Origin: Opitutales bacterium
GTDB taxonomy: Bacteria; Verrucomicrobiota; Verrucomicrobiia; Opitutales; UBA2987
Length of the DNA: 64,000 bases
Assembly (NCBI GenBank): GCA_965226885.1
Contig: CBDDEL010000009.1
Coordinates: 144,776 to 208,775 of the forward strand
Direction of reading: 5' to 3'
Shown here: one piece after another, positions 1 through 9,248 of the stretch
How positions within the stretch are numbered: the stretch's first letter is position 1
Layout of the letters: each line of letters starts with the position of its first letter
The notes under the pieces: model-generated
Seen by the model: the letters and a program-made list of their open reading frames with translations, nothing else
Database searches by the model: none
Told to the model about the DNA's origin: nothing
Translations under genes and position numbers: made by a program

Positions 1-2
1 TT

Positions 3-206
3 CGTCTTGTCTGGGATCGGTATGATTGCCTCAAAGGCAAACGGATAAAGGCCCGCAGAGAAAATGAAATCCTTTGGGGCAGAGCCGACGGGATTGAAGA
101 CGATGGAGCCCTGCGGCTTTGCACGGACCAAGGGGAAGTGATAAAATTAAGGGCCGGCGATGTCAGCCTGGGCACGACGGAAACCCTGACGCATGGCAGC
201 TTATGA
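3..206 (+). CDS. birA: Biotin-protein ligase, C-terminal part (runs off the window start)
   Basis: My translation: ...WDRYDCLKGKRI...GRADGIEDDGALRL...RAGDVSLG...*, a BPL C-terminal pattern. Its TGA (204-206) overlaps the coaX ATG (ATGA). Confidence 0.8.
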   Translation, partial: RLVWDRYDCLKGKRIKARRENEILWGRADGIEDDGALRLCTDQGEVIKLRAGDVSLGTTETLTHGSL

Positions 207-973
207 GCATTCTGGCCATTAATATCAACAATACCAATACTCAGCACGGTCTGGTTTGCCAAGGACGCGTAAGGCAACACGATTCCTTCTCCACAAAACT
301 GCTGGAGGATCCTCAAAATGGGATTTTACCCATCCTGCAAAAGCATGCCTCCGGGGATTCCGCAGTTGAGGGACTGGCTTTCGGGTCCGTAGTCCCTCAG
401 GCAACAGTGAAATTCCGCGAACTTATGTCAAAAGCCGGTTGGGCCAAACCCATTTACCAGATTACCTGCGAAAATTGCCCATTGGAATTTAACTTTCCCG
501 ATGTGCGCGAAATCGGGCAGGATATCCTGGCCAATGCAGTGGCCGGCAAAAAGATTTACGGCACGCCGGTGGTGGTCATCGATATGGGCACGGCCGTCAC
601 TTTCGACATTGTCTCGAGCAAAGGTTACGAAGGCGGCATCATCGCCCCGGGGCTGGCCGTCATCACCCGTTACCTGCATGAGCGAACCGCCTTACTGCCG
701 GAACTGGATCCCAACGATTTAATGGTCTCGGCGGGAATCGGCAAGACTACCGTCGAGGCCATGAAATTGGGCTGCGCGGTCGGTTTCGAAGGCATGATCC
801 GCGCCCTTCTGGACCGCGTCCTGCGGGAGTTGCGGGAACGCGGCGAAGGCCCGGCCAAAGTCGTGGCTACCGGCGGGAGCGCCGGGATGCTGCCCCAGAC
901 ATGGCTCTCCGATATCGAGTTCAACCCCCACATAACCTTGCTCGGGCTGGCCGAAGCCTATGCCGCACAATAA
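203..973 (+). CDS. coaX: Type III pantothenate kinase
   Basis: N-terminal ILAININNTNT, IGQDILAN, VVIDMGTAVTFD, GGIIAPG and VATGG motifs. ATG 203 preferred over TTG 119 because of the birA overlap. Confidence 0.9.
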   Translation: MSILAININNTNTQHGLVCQGRVRQHDSFSTKLLEDPQNGILPILQKHASGDSAVEGLAFGSVVPQATVKFRELMSKAGWAKPIYQITCENCPLEFNFPDVREIGQDILANAVAGKKIYGTPVVVIDMGTAVTFDIVSSKGYEGGIIAPGLAVITRYLHERTALLPELDPNDLMVSAGIGKTTVEAMKLGCAVGFEGMIRALLDRVLRELRERGEGPAKVVATGGSAGMLPQTWLSDIEFNPHITLLGLAEAYAAQ

Positions 974-1056
974 TAAATTAAATTATCGAACAATTCCACC
1001 TCTTGGCGTTGTCTAAATATTAAAAAAATGTCCTTTCGGAAAATAAATTATTGATA

Positions 1057-2073
1057 ATGGCAGGGTACAGCATTGAGGTGCATAACCTCACCAAACGATA
1101 CCACCGCCTCACCGCCATTGAAAACGTTTCCTTCAACATCGAGCATGGGGAGGTAGTCGGTTTTTTGGGACCCAACGGGGCCGGAAAAAGCACTACCATG
1201 CGCATTTTGTGCGGGATTATTCCGGCTAGCTCGGGTGTGGCCAGGATTGGCGGGTTGTCCGTTGCCACCAGGATAGACGATGTCAAGCGGCTCATTGGCT
1301 ATATGCCGGAAAACAATCCCCTGCCTGAGGATATGCGGGTGTTGGAATACCTGCGATTTCGGGCCCGCCTCAAAGAAATCCCGGCCAAAAGGTTACAGGA
1401 CCGGCTGCAGGAAGTTCTCGAACTTTGCGATTTGAACCGAAAAACGAGCCGGAAAGTCATCGGCTCCTTGTCCAAGGGTTTCCGGCAGCGTGTGGGCATT
1501 GCCGATGCCATATTGGCCGAGCCCCAAGTCATCATCATGGACGAGCCCACCATCGGGCTGGACCCGCATCAAGTTCTTGCCATCAGAGATTTGATTGAAT
1601 CCTTTCGTGGAAAGATGACCGTAATCATATCTAGCCATGTCCTGGCCGAAGTCGAATTATCCTGCGACCGGGTGATCATCATCAATCACGGCCGCATCGT
1701 AGCCTCCGGCAATGCCGCATCTTTACGCAGAGAATTTATCAATAAGGTCGATTACCGGATTGAAATGAAAGGCGATCTGGGCGGCCTGGGATCATTGCTG
1801 AAAGAGATTGAACCCGGCATGACCTGGGTGGCTATGGGAAAACCGGATAGTGAGGGCTTTCTCAACATTTCCTTATCCACGCCGAGAACAGAGGACCTCA
1901 GTGAACGAATCCTGGAAAAGTTTCAACAACAGCCAGGTATCCGCCTGCGAGCATTCAACCGTGTGGAAGCCAAGCTGGAAGATATTTTTCTATCGGCCAC
2001 CCGTCGAAGCTGGAAAGAGGTCATGACGGCGGCAAAACGCAACGACCAGGATACGGAAAACGCCTCCACCTGA
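1057..2073 (+). CDS. ABC transporter ATP-binding protein (GldA-like)
   Basis: Walker A GPNGAGKST, signature LSKGFRQR, Walker B IIMDEPT, H-loop SSH. Confidence 0.9.
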   Translation: MAGYSIEVHNLTKRYHRLTAIENVSFNIEHGEVVGFLGPNGAGKSTTMRILCGIIPASSGVARIGGLSVATRIDDVKRLIGYMPENNPLPEDMRVLEYLRFRARLKEIPAKRLQDRLQEVLELCDLNRKTSRKVIGSLSKGFRQRVGIADAILAEPQVIIMDEPTIGLDPHQVLAIRDLIESFRGKMTVIISSHVLAEVELSCDRVIIINHGRIVASGNAASLRREFINKVDYRIEMKGDLGGLGSLLKEIEPGMTWVAMGKPDSEGFLNISLSTPRTEDLSERILEKFQQQPGIRLRAFNRVEAKLEDIFLSATRRSWKEVMTAAKRNDQDTENAST

Positions 2074-2094
2074 CCGGGAATACTTTAAGCCGCC

Positions 2095-2850
2095 ATGAAA
2101 CATTTTTTCTGTCTTTTGCACCATGAATTGAGAGCCCTTTTCATCGCTCCCTCCACTTATTCAGCGGGGGTGCTCTTTTTAATCCTGATGGGCTGGATTT
2201 ACTGGCGCATCCTTCTTCAATTCAGCCTGGCGCCTCAGGACGGTTTGCCCGCGAACATGTTTTTTCAACTTTTCTGGCTGCCGGTATTTTTCATGGTCCC
2301 ATTGCTGACCATGAAAAGCGTGGCCGAAGAGCGCCGGCAAGGAACCCTGGAAACGCTCATGACCACACCGGTCAATGCATTGGAGATCATCGGCAGCAAG
2401 TTTTTTGCCGCCTATTTGTTTTATTGCCTGATGTGGCTGCTGACCCTGGCTTTTCCCTGGATCATCAGCATCGGTCTGGATTCTCCGGCCGCCAGCCGCC
2501 ACCTTCTGGATCGTGGAACGCTGGTCGGCGGCTACACCTTTGTTGCCATCAGCGGTTTGCTTTTCATTGCGGTAGGCATTTTTTCGAGCAGTCTGACCCG
2601 CAGCCAGTTTGTCGCCGCCATGCTCAGTTTCTGCATCCTCTTTATCATTATCGTTGGGATGCGTGAATTGCAGGAAGAAACCATGGCCTGGTTACCTTGG
2701 CTGGGGGAGATCCTCAGCTATGTCCAGATTTTCAAACACCTAGAGGAATTCAGCCTCGGCATCATTGATACGCGACCCTTCTTTTTTTACATCAGTAACT
2801 GCGCCCTGGTTCTGGGCCTTTCCGTTGTAATGGTGGAGGCCAAAGTTTAA
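2095..2850 (+). CDS. ABC-2 type permease (GldF-like)
   Basis: About six hydrophobic segments; PLLTMKSVAEERRQGTLETLMTTPV motif. Confidence 0.85.
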   Translation: MKHFFCLLHHELRALFIAPSTYSAGVLFLILMGWIYWRILLQFSLAPQDGLPANMFFQLFWLPVFFMVPLLTMKSVAEERRQGTLETLMTTPVNALEIIGSKFFAAYLFYCLMWLLTLAFPWIISIGLDSPAASRHLLDRGTLVGGYTFVAISGLLFIAVGIFSSSLTRSQFVAAMLSFCILFIIIVGMRELQEETMAWLPWLGEILSYVQIFKHLEEFSLGIIDTRPFFFYISNCALVLGLSVVMVEAKV

Positions 2851-2855
2851 AATTC

Positions 2856-4340
2856 ATGTTCCGGGCAGAAAATTTCAGGACCGTAAATTGGTGCAAACGC
2901 CTCAACCGGGGCGCGCAAATCCTTCTTGGCATCATTTTGATAGCCGGATTGAATTTTTTAGCGGTCAGGCATTTCAAACGTTTCGATCTTTCCCTCCATC
3001 GCGTCTATACACTTTCCCCGGAGACGGTGGCGGAAATTAAAAAAATGGAGGCTGTGGCCAAAATCATTGTCACCATCCCGAAAGACGCTCCCGAAGCGCA
3101 GTTACGTCAAATCTACAAATATGTGCGCAGATTACTCAAAGAATACGAGTACGCCGGTCTGATAAACGGCGAACGGAAAATCGAGGTTGAATTTGTCGAT
3201 ATTTACAAGGAAATCAAAAAAGCGGATTTTATATCGCGCACTTACGGGATTAGCCAGCCCAATGTCATCCTGGTGGTTTCGGGGAACAGGCGCCGGCAAT
3301 TGCTTCCAACCGATATTGTTGAGCTGAAGGATGGCCTGCCCTCGGCTTATAAGGGCGAAAAAGCCTTTACCTCAGCTCTCATGGAGGTTTCCGGAAATCG
3401 TAGGCAAAAAGTATATTTTCTGACCGGTCATGGCGAAATGCGCCTTGACGATGTCGATCCCAGGCGAGGGCTTTCCGAGTTGGCGCAGCAGTTGAAGGAC
3501 AGAAATATTGAACTGCAAACGCTCGACCTGGCTGTTTTGACGGATGTGCCCGAAGATGCCGATCTGGTGGTCATAGCCTCTCCCCAGGGGCCCGTCATGA
3601 AGCACGAAGTTGAGAAATTGCGAATTTACCTGGGCGACAATGCCGGGCGCCTGGTAATCCTCATCGATCCTTGGCGCAACCATGGGCTGGAAGACATTTT
3701 TTACGAATGGGGGATTTTGACTGATGACATGCTGATCGTTGACGCAGGCCCGGACTTTCAGGAAACAAACGGCGATTTGCTCATACGAAGATTTGCCGAA
3801 CACCCCATCACCGATATTTTATTGCAAAACCACATTCCCATCATTGTGGGGATAACCCGCCCGGTGCGTCTCGATCTAGGATCGCCCCCGGATGGGCGAC
3901 TGAGCACGGTCCCGTTAATGGCATCGTCTGCCGATAGCTGGGCGGAGCGATCCTACCGGCAGGTCGAGAATATCGGGGATTTGAAATACGATTTCGATAC
4001 CGACCTCAAGGGACCGGTCAGCATTGCTGCGGTGTCCGAGCGCAAGGTGTCATCGAAACTGGGTATTGACTTTTCGGGGGGGCGTCTGGTCGCATTCGGA
4101 AATTCCGATCTCATTGCCAACCAGCGGATCGGCGCCATCGGAAATTTCATGCTTTTTTTGAACACCGTCAACTGGTGCCTGGGCCGGGACAGGATGCTGG
4201 CCATACCGCCCCGGCCCATCGAGAAATTTCAACTCACGGTCAGCGGGCAGGAACTGAACCGGCTCGGCTTATTGCTTTTAACCATCCCCGGACTGCTCGC
4301 AGTGATGGGAATTGCGGTCGGGTGGATCCGCAGGAATTAA
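2856..4340 (+). CDS. GldG-family ABC auxiliary component
   Basis: N- and C-terminal TM segments; RFDLS..YTLS, KVYFLTGHGE, RLVAFGNSD, N..LFLNTVNW motifs. Confidence 0.85.
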   Translation: MFRAENFRTVNWCKRLNRGAQILLGIILIAGLNFLAVRHFKRFDLSLHRVYTLSPETVAEIKKMEAVAKIIVTIPKDAPEAQLRQIYKYVRRLLKEYEYAGLINGERKIEVEFVDIYKEIKKADFISRTYGISQPNVILVVSGNRRRQLLPTDIVELKDGLPSAYKGEKAFTSALMEVSGNRRQKVYFLTGHGEMRLDDVDPRRGLSELAQQLKDRNIELQTLDLAVLTDVPEDADLVVIASPQGPVMKHEVEKLRIYLGDNAGRLVILIDPWRNHGLEDIFYEWGILTDDMLIVDAGPDFQETNGDLLIRRFAEHPITDILLQNHIPIIVGITRPVRLDLGSPPDGRLSTVPLMASSADSWAERSYRQVENIGDLKYDFDTDLKGPVSIAAVSERKVSSKLGIDFSGGRLVAFGNSDLIANQRIGAIGNFMLFLNTVNWCLGRDRMLAIPPRPIEKFQLTVSGQELNRLGLLLLTIPGLLAVMGIAVGWIRRN

Positions 4341-4355
4341 TGGCAACTCAGATAA

Positions 4356-6362
4356 ATGCGCCTTAAATTCACATTCATTCTTTTTGTTCTCAATCTGGTT
4401 CTGTTTGGGATTATTTACCTTTTCGAAAAAGGGCCTTCTATCGACCTGCCGGGCGTCGGTCCGGTCCTGCCTGCTGGTCTGGTTGATAACAGCGATTATC
4501 TTGAGATCGAGGGTCAAGAACTCAATGCCAACTGGATTTTGCACAAGACCGGCGAAGATTGGCGTATTGCCAGCCCCATCGACTGGCCGGCCAATTTTTT
4601 TGCTGTCAGCCGCCTCCTCAACCAGCTCCAGTTTTTGGAAAAGGAGTCCTCTTTTACCGTCCGCGAGATTGAAAATGCCGGTCGAACCCTCGAAGATTAC
4701 GGCCTGGACCAGCCTCGGGCCATCCTCACTTTGGGCCGGGGGAGAGAAAAAATCGTTCTCAAAATAGGGGAAGCCACCGGTATCGGCGACCGGATTTACA
4801 TTCTCTCACCCGACCAAAGCGAAGTCTTTGTCGTCAGCCGCTCGCTCCTGCAAAGCATCTCTCTGGAATTGGACGACCTTCGGGAGTCGAAAGTCTTCCA
4901 TATTCCCCTTTTCGAGGCGCGGGCTCTGCGGGTAGCGGTTAGCCCCGGCAACACCATCGTGAGGATCGAGAAGAACGATAAAAAGTGGAACTTTTTAACC
5001 CCTATCCAAACCGAGGCCGATCCGGCCCTGGTGGAGACCACGATTAGCCGGTTGTCCGCCATTCGGGTGACCGATTTTCTGCCGCCCGATCTTCGGGGGC
5101 AGGGGCTGGATGATTCCTCAATTTCCCTGCGAGTGACCATCGAGGGCAACAACCGCCGGCAAACGCTTTTGCTCGGCCATATCGTCCCGAACGACACCGG
5201 ACCATCCCGCAGATTTGCCAAGTTAACCAATAATGACACCGTTTTTTCTGTTCCAGCAGAGCCTTTTGATAATCTGCTCAGGGCGCAGGAAACTTTGCGT
5301 GAGAAAAAATTCGTGCAATTTGATCCAGCATCCCTCAATGAGATCGAAATTGCCTCGGGGCTAAAACGTGTAAATCTGCAAAAAAATGAGGCCGGCGGCT
5401 GGCAACTACCGATTAAAGACGATGCCGGGGCCTTGTACGCCTGGTCCGCCGAACCGACCCTGGTTAACGAACTGATCGGTGTTCTGCTTGAGCTGGAAGC
5501 GGTCGATTTCCCTAAAAATGCTCCGTCGGAAGCGGACCTCGAACGATTCGGAATCAATGATCCGCAACGGCGCGTGACCCTTCATGCGGATGGGGAACAG
5601 ACACTCTTGCTGGGCGATCTGGACCAATCTGGGGAATTAATTTACGCCAAAATGAAGGCCAAACCATTTGTTTATCAGGTTCCGGTAGAAGTTCTGCGTT
5701 ATTTGCAAGCCCGCACACTACATTTCCGATTCCGTACATTTCACAACCAACCCAAGTCTGCAATTATAGAAGAGATTGCTTTGCGAGATTTGGAATCGGG
5801 GGAAAACCTTTTTGTTTTGCACCGGCAAACGGGTGAGGACATCGGCAGAAACACAGATTTCGAAGAAAAGGGAAAAGAACCGGGATTTGCCGAAGCATTG
5901 GACCTATTAGCCGAAAACGAGCGTCGAGCGGCCCAAACGCTTTTAGAATATTCAAGCCGGTTCAAAGTAAAATCCTACCTGCGGACCGAATTTTCCGACA
6001 ACTACAATCTCGGAGACAAAGTCTTGCCCTGGAAATACCTTCTCGAATCGCAAATCAGCCTGCCGGGGGGAACGGAAAGCCAGTTGCGCATCTATAAGTT
6101 TTACTTTACCGATCGCATTGGGGGGACCACCCAGATAGGCGGGTCGCCGGAATACAATCTTATTTTTGAATTAAGCCAGGAGTTGATCGACGCTCTCTTT
6201 ACCCTAGCTTTCCGCAGGGAAGAGCCCGGTTTGCAGGATGTGGCGCCTCCACCGCCGCCACAGGAACCCGCGACCATTGATGAAAACGTCGGGGGGCCGC
6301 CGCCAACTGAACCTTCGCCCGATAGTATAGAGGAGACCGATTCCAACCAGGATGAAGAATAA
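4356..6362 (+). CDS. DUF4340-like periplasmic protein with repeated domains
   Basis: N-terminal TM; repeated W-x-x-x-x-P...A and L..Y/FGL..P patterns; follows the GldG-like gene; Pro/acidic tail. Confidence 0.7.
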   Translation: MRLKFTFILFVLNLVLFGIIYLFEKGPSIDLPGVGPVLPAGLVDNSDYLEIEGQELNANWILHKTGEDWRIASPIDWPANFFAVSRLLNQLQFLEKESSFTVREIENAGRTLEDYGLDQPRAILTLGRGREKIVLKIGEATGIGDRIYILSPDQSEVFVVSRSLLQSISLELDDLRESKVFHIPLFEARALRVAVSPGNTIVRIEKNDKKWNFLTPIQTEADPALVETTISRLSAIRVTDFLPPDLRGQGLDDSSISLRVTIEGNNRRQTLLLGHIVPNDTGPSRRFAKLTNNDTVFSVPAEPFDNLLRAQETLREKKFVQFDPASLNEIEIASGLKRVNLQKNEAGGWQLPIKDDAGALYAWSAEPTLVNELIGVLLELEAVDFPKNAPSEADLERFGINDPQRRVTLHADGEQTLLLGDLDQSGELIYAKMKAKPFVYQVPVEVLRYLQARTLHFRFRTFHNQPKSAIIEEIALRDLESGENLFVLHRQTGEDIGRNTDFEEKGKEPGFAEALDLLAENERRAAQTLLEYSSRFKVKSYLRTEFSDNYNLGDKVLPWKYLLESQISLPGGTESQLRIYKFYFTDRIGGTTQIGGSPEYNLIFELSQELIDALFTLAFRREEPGLQDVAPPPPPQEPATIDENVGGPPPTEPSPDSIEETDSNQDEE

Positions 6363-6389
6363 TGCGCCTTATAGTTTTACCGCATTGGC

Positions 6390-9218
6390 ATGATCCTTAA
6401 TTTAAAGCGGAAGATATCGAAGAGAAGTTTGATTTTTTACTTCGTTTGTCTTTACGGGCTAAATATTTTTTTGTTATTGCTGGCCCTGGCTCAGGCCGTT
6501 GTGAGCGGGTACTTAATAACCGGTAAGGATATTCCCATACCGAAATTTGTCCTTAAAGACCTGCAAGAAAAACTGGCCGATTACGGGCTCTATGCGGAAA
6601 CGGAAAAACTGAATTTCGATCTTCTGGGCCGTGTCACCGTCCGGCGTTTAAAGATTTTCCGGGAAAGGGGCGGGGATTTGTTGGGACAATTCGATTCTTT
6701 GCAGCTTGCCCTTGATATACCCTTGCTTCTGCTCAAAAGGGTAAGCGTGGATTCTCTCGTTTTTCAAAACGGGCGTCTTGTTTGCCCGGCATTTTATTCC
6801 TACAGCGGGGTCAGCGAAACTTTGGCCAACAAAATCCATGGCCGATTCTCCCGCCACGACAATAGCTGGGCCCGCCACGACAATAGCTGGGAGGTCGAGC
6901 GGTTTGACTTTCATTTTTCCAACTTGCGGACGCACGTCAGCGGAATCTGGCCACAGGCTGAATTTACCCTTCCCACGGAGCCGTTGGCGGAACCCGCATT
7001 TCGCCCTCGGCCGTTGGAGCGCTATCTTTCCTTTTGCCGGCGGGTTATTGAGATGCAGCCCAAGATGCGGGCGGTGGAAAATCCCGTTGCCCGGATCGCG
7101 CTTTCTATTAACAAGGGCGAGCGGCCCAAGGCGCATTTAAATTTAACCGGCGATTCATTCAAAGGACCCCGGGGATGGAGAGGCGGAGCTTTCCGCATGG
7201 AGGTTTCCCGCATCGGGTTGCCTCGATTGGCATTTACTCAACCCATTGCATGGAAAGTTCTCGATCTCAACTGGGAGAACCGGATTCGCGCCACCGATCT
7301 GGCTGTTCTCATCCACGCCAACTCTGCTCAGGAACTGATGGCTGGCCGGGTCGAGCGCACCCTTTTTTCAGCCGCCGGTTTCGCCGCCGAAGGCAATGCG
7401 GTGGAAGCTTTCAGCGGTGATGTAAAACTATCTTTTCCCCGTATTGAAGGTTCGGCCCAGGCATTGATTGAAAACCGTCCGGTTCGATTGCAGGGCGATT
7501 TTGACATTCAACTAAAAAGCGGCCGATTGAGCCTCGATTCCGAAGCGGACCTATTCGGTGCATTAAGGAACAACCCCGCCGATCGTTGGAATGGAGCAGC
7601 CGTTCTCGACCGATTGGCACTTTCGGCTCCGCCCCGCTTGCAGGCATCCTGTATCTTCGGGCCGGACTTCAATTTTGAATCTGTCGAATTTAGCCTGGCT
7701 CTTGGACCCCTGTCCTTCGGGGGTGTGAATTTCCTTCGGTTCAAGACGCGAGGCAGGGCCGACCTCAAAATGATCCATCTAGCCGATTTTACCTTGGAAA
7801 AGCCGGGCGAAAGAGTGGACGGCTCGCTCGAAATCGATTTTCAAAAGAGTGGTTACCGCCTGCTTCTGGCCGGCCACGGCAATCCTATTCCGCTTAACCC
7901 CATTATGCCGGATTGGTGGGACAATATCTGGAAGAATATCAACTTTGGTGGAAATCCCCTCTCTGCCGACCTGGAAGCCAGGGCCGGTTGGAAGGGGAGC
8001 GGGTTGCAATTTTATTTCGGCGGTTACGATGGTCGGGATGTTACTTTTCAGAATGCCGAATTTAAGGTCTTCGATCTTAAAAGCTGGGCTCTTCCCGGAT
8101 TTGTGGAAATCTATGATCTCAATGCCTATCGACCGGAAGGGAGCGCCCATGGGTCCGTAAAATGGGTTTTCCTGGAAAAAGCGACAGTTGCTCAAGTATT
8201 GGACCTGAGGACCAATCTGGATATTGCGCCATTGTCCACCCTTCTGGGGCCGGATGTCTCCGCAGTGGTGGCGGATTTCGACCTAACCGAGCCTCCGGAA
8301 TTGTGGTTAGCGGGAAATCTCTACTATCCCGCGGCGCCTTGGCCAATTCGTAGAAAGATCCATTTACAGGCAGCCTCCCGAGCACCTCTTTCCTACCTGG
8401 GTTATCCTCTGGATTATCTACATTTTCAATCCGATCTGACCGATGAACGTTTTGAAATGAACCAGATCGGTTTCGGATTTGCCGGGGGGGATGGAGGGGG
8501 CCGACTTTCCTGGCAAAAAGTGGAAGCTCTAAACCAGCTGGATGTAGCCCTGTTCTTGAAAGGCGCGGATCAAAGAAAGGCATTTGAAACTTTTGGCTGG
8601 TTGCCACCCCTCAACAATCAACCCGCAAACGGCAGGAAAATATCTCGCGGGGAATCGGTAGCCAGTGGTTTTCTCGATGTGGAGTTGAAAGCCACCGGCG
8701 TGCCCGGTGACCTCTACAGCTTCAAGGGAACGGGAAATTTGCAGGTGACGCAGGCGGATTTGGGGAAGGTCCACCTATTCGGCGGTCTCTCGCGCGCCTT
8801 CTCTGGAACCGGGTTAGATTTTACCACCTTCAAGCTCGATACGGCCGAAGGGAAGTTTATTCTGGATGAAAACATGCTCCAGTTCCCTGAAGTGAGCGTG
8901 AGCGGTCTGGGTTCCCTCATCCGGGCCAGCGGCGGAATTGTCATGCCGGAAGGCGGGCTCGATTTCAAGGTGCGGGTCCGTTTTTTCGAAAATGGGGAAA
9001 AATCCCTTTTGGCCATCCTGGGGCCCATCCTCAAACCCTTCGAAAATGCCCTCGAACTGCGCCTACGGGGCACCCTGAAGGAACCCAGGTGGCGTTTCCA
9101 GATCGACCCCCGCAATGTTTTCGGCAATCCGGTCACCCACCGGTATCCATTCAACGAGGAAAAAAAGGATGAAAGTCCCCTGCCCCCAACCAATCCACCT
9201 ATGCCCGAGAGCGATTAG
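6390..9218 (+). CDS. AsmA-like envelope protein
   Basis: 942 aa, single N-terminal TM, beta-rich body, C-terminal LRLRGTLKEPRW pattern as in AsmA-like C-termini. Confidence 0.7.
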   Translation: MILNLKRKISKRSLIFYFVCLYGLNIFLLLLALAQAVVSGYLITGKDIPIPKFVLKDLQEKLADYGLYAETEKLNFDLLGRVTVRRLKIFRERGGDLLGQFDSLQLALDIPLLLLKRVSVDSLVFQNGRLVCPAFYSYSGVSETLANKIHGRFSRHDNSWARHDNSWEVERFDFHFSNLRTHVSGIWPQAEFTLPTEPLAEPAFRPRPLERYLSFCRRVIEMQPKMRAVENPVARIALSINKGERPKAHLNLTGDSFKGPRGWRGGAFRMEVSRIGLPRLAFTQPIAWKVLDLNWENRIRATDLAVLIHANSAQELMAGRVERTLFSAAGFAAEGNAVEAFSGDVKLSFPRIEGSAQALIENRPVRLQGDFDIQLKSGRLSLDSEADLFGALRNNPADRWNGAAVLDRLALSAPPRLQASCIFGPDFNFESVEFSLALGPLSFGGVNFLRFKTRGRADLKMIHLADFTLEKPGERVDGSLEIDFQKSGYRLLLAGHGNPIPLNPIMPDWWDNIWKNINFGGNPLSADLEARAGWKGSGLQFYFGGYDGRDVTFQNAEFKVFDLKSWALPGFVEIYDLNAYRPEGSAHGSVKWVFLEKATVAQVLDLRTNLDIAPLSTLLGPDVSAVVADFDLTEPPELWLAGNLYYPAAPWPIRRKIHLQAASRAPLSYLGYPLDYLHFQSDLTDERFEMNQIGFGFAGGDGGGRLSWQKVEALNQLDVALFLKGADQRKAFETFGWLPPLNNQPANGRKISRGESVASGFLDVELKATGVPGDLYSFKGTGNLQVTQADLGKVHLFGGLSRAFSGTGLDFTTFKLDTAEGKFILDENMLQFPEVSVSGLGSLIRASGGIVMPEGGLDFKVRVRFFENGEKSLLAILGPILKPFENALELRLRGTLKEPRWRFQIDPRNVFGNPVTHRYPFNEEKKDESPLPPTNPPMPESD
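6850..6891. repeat. Perfect 21-nt tandem duplication inside the AsmA-like gene
   Basis: CCCGCCACGACAATAGCTGGG x2; in frame (RHDNSWA-RHDNSWE). Confidence 0.95.
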
Positions 9219-9248
9219 AGTGTAATTGAAGTCGCCACTGGCGCCCGG

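Noticed and set aside
1057..4340. Gliding motility genes
   Set aside because: GldAFG-like ABC modules are widespread in non-gliding bacteria, and no other gld/spr genes are present.
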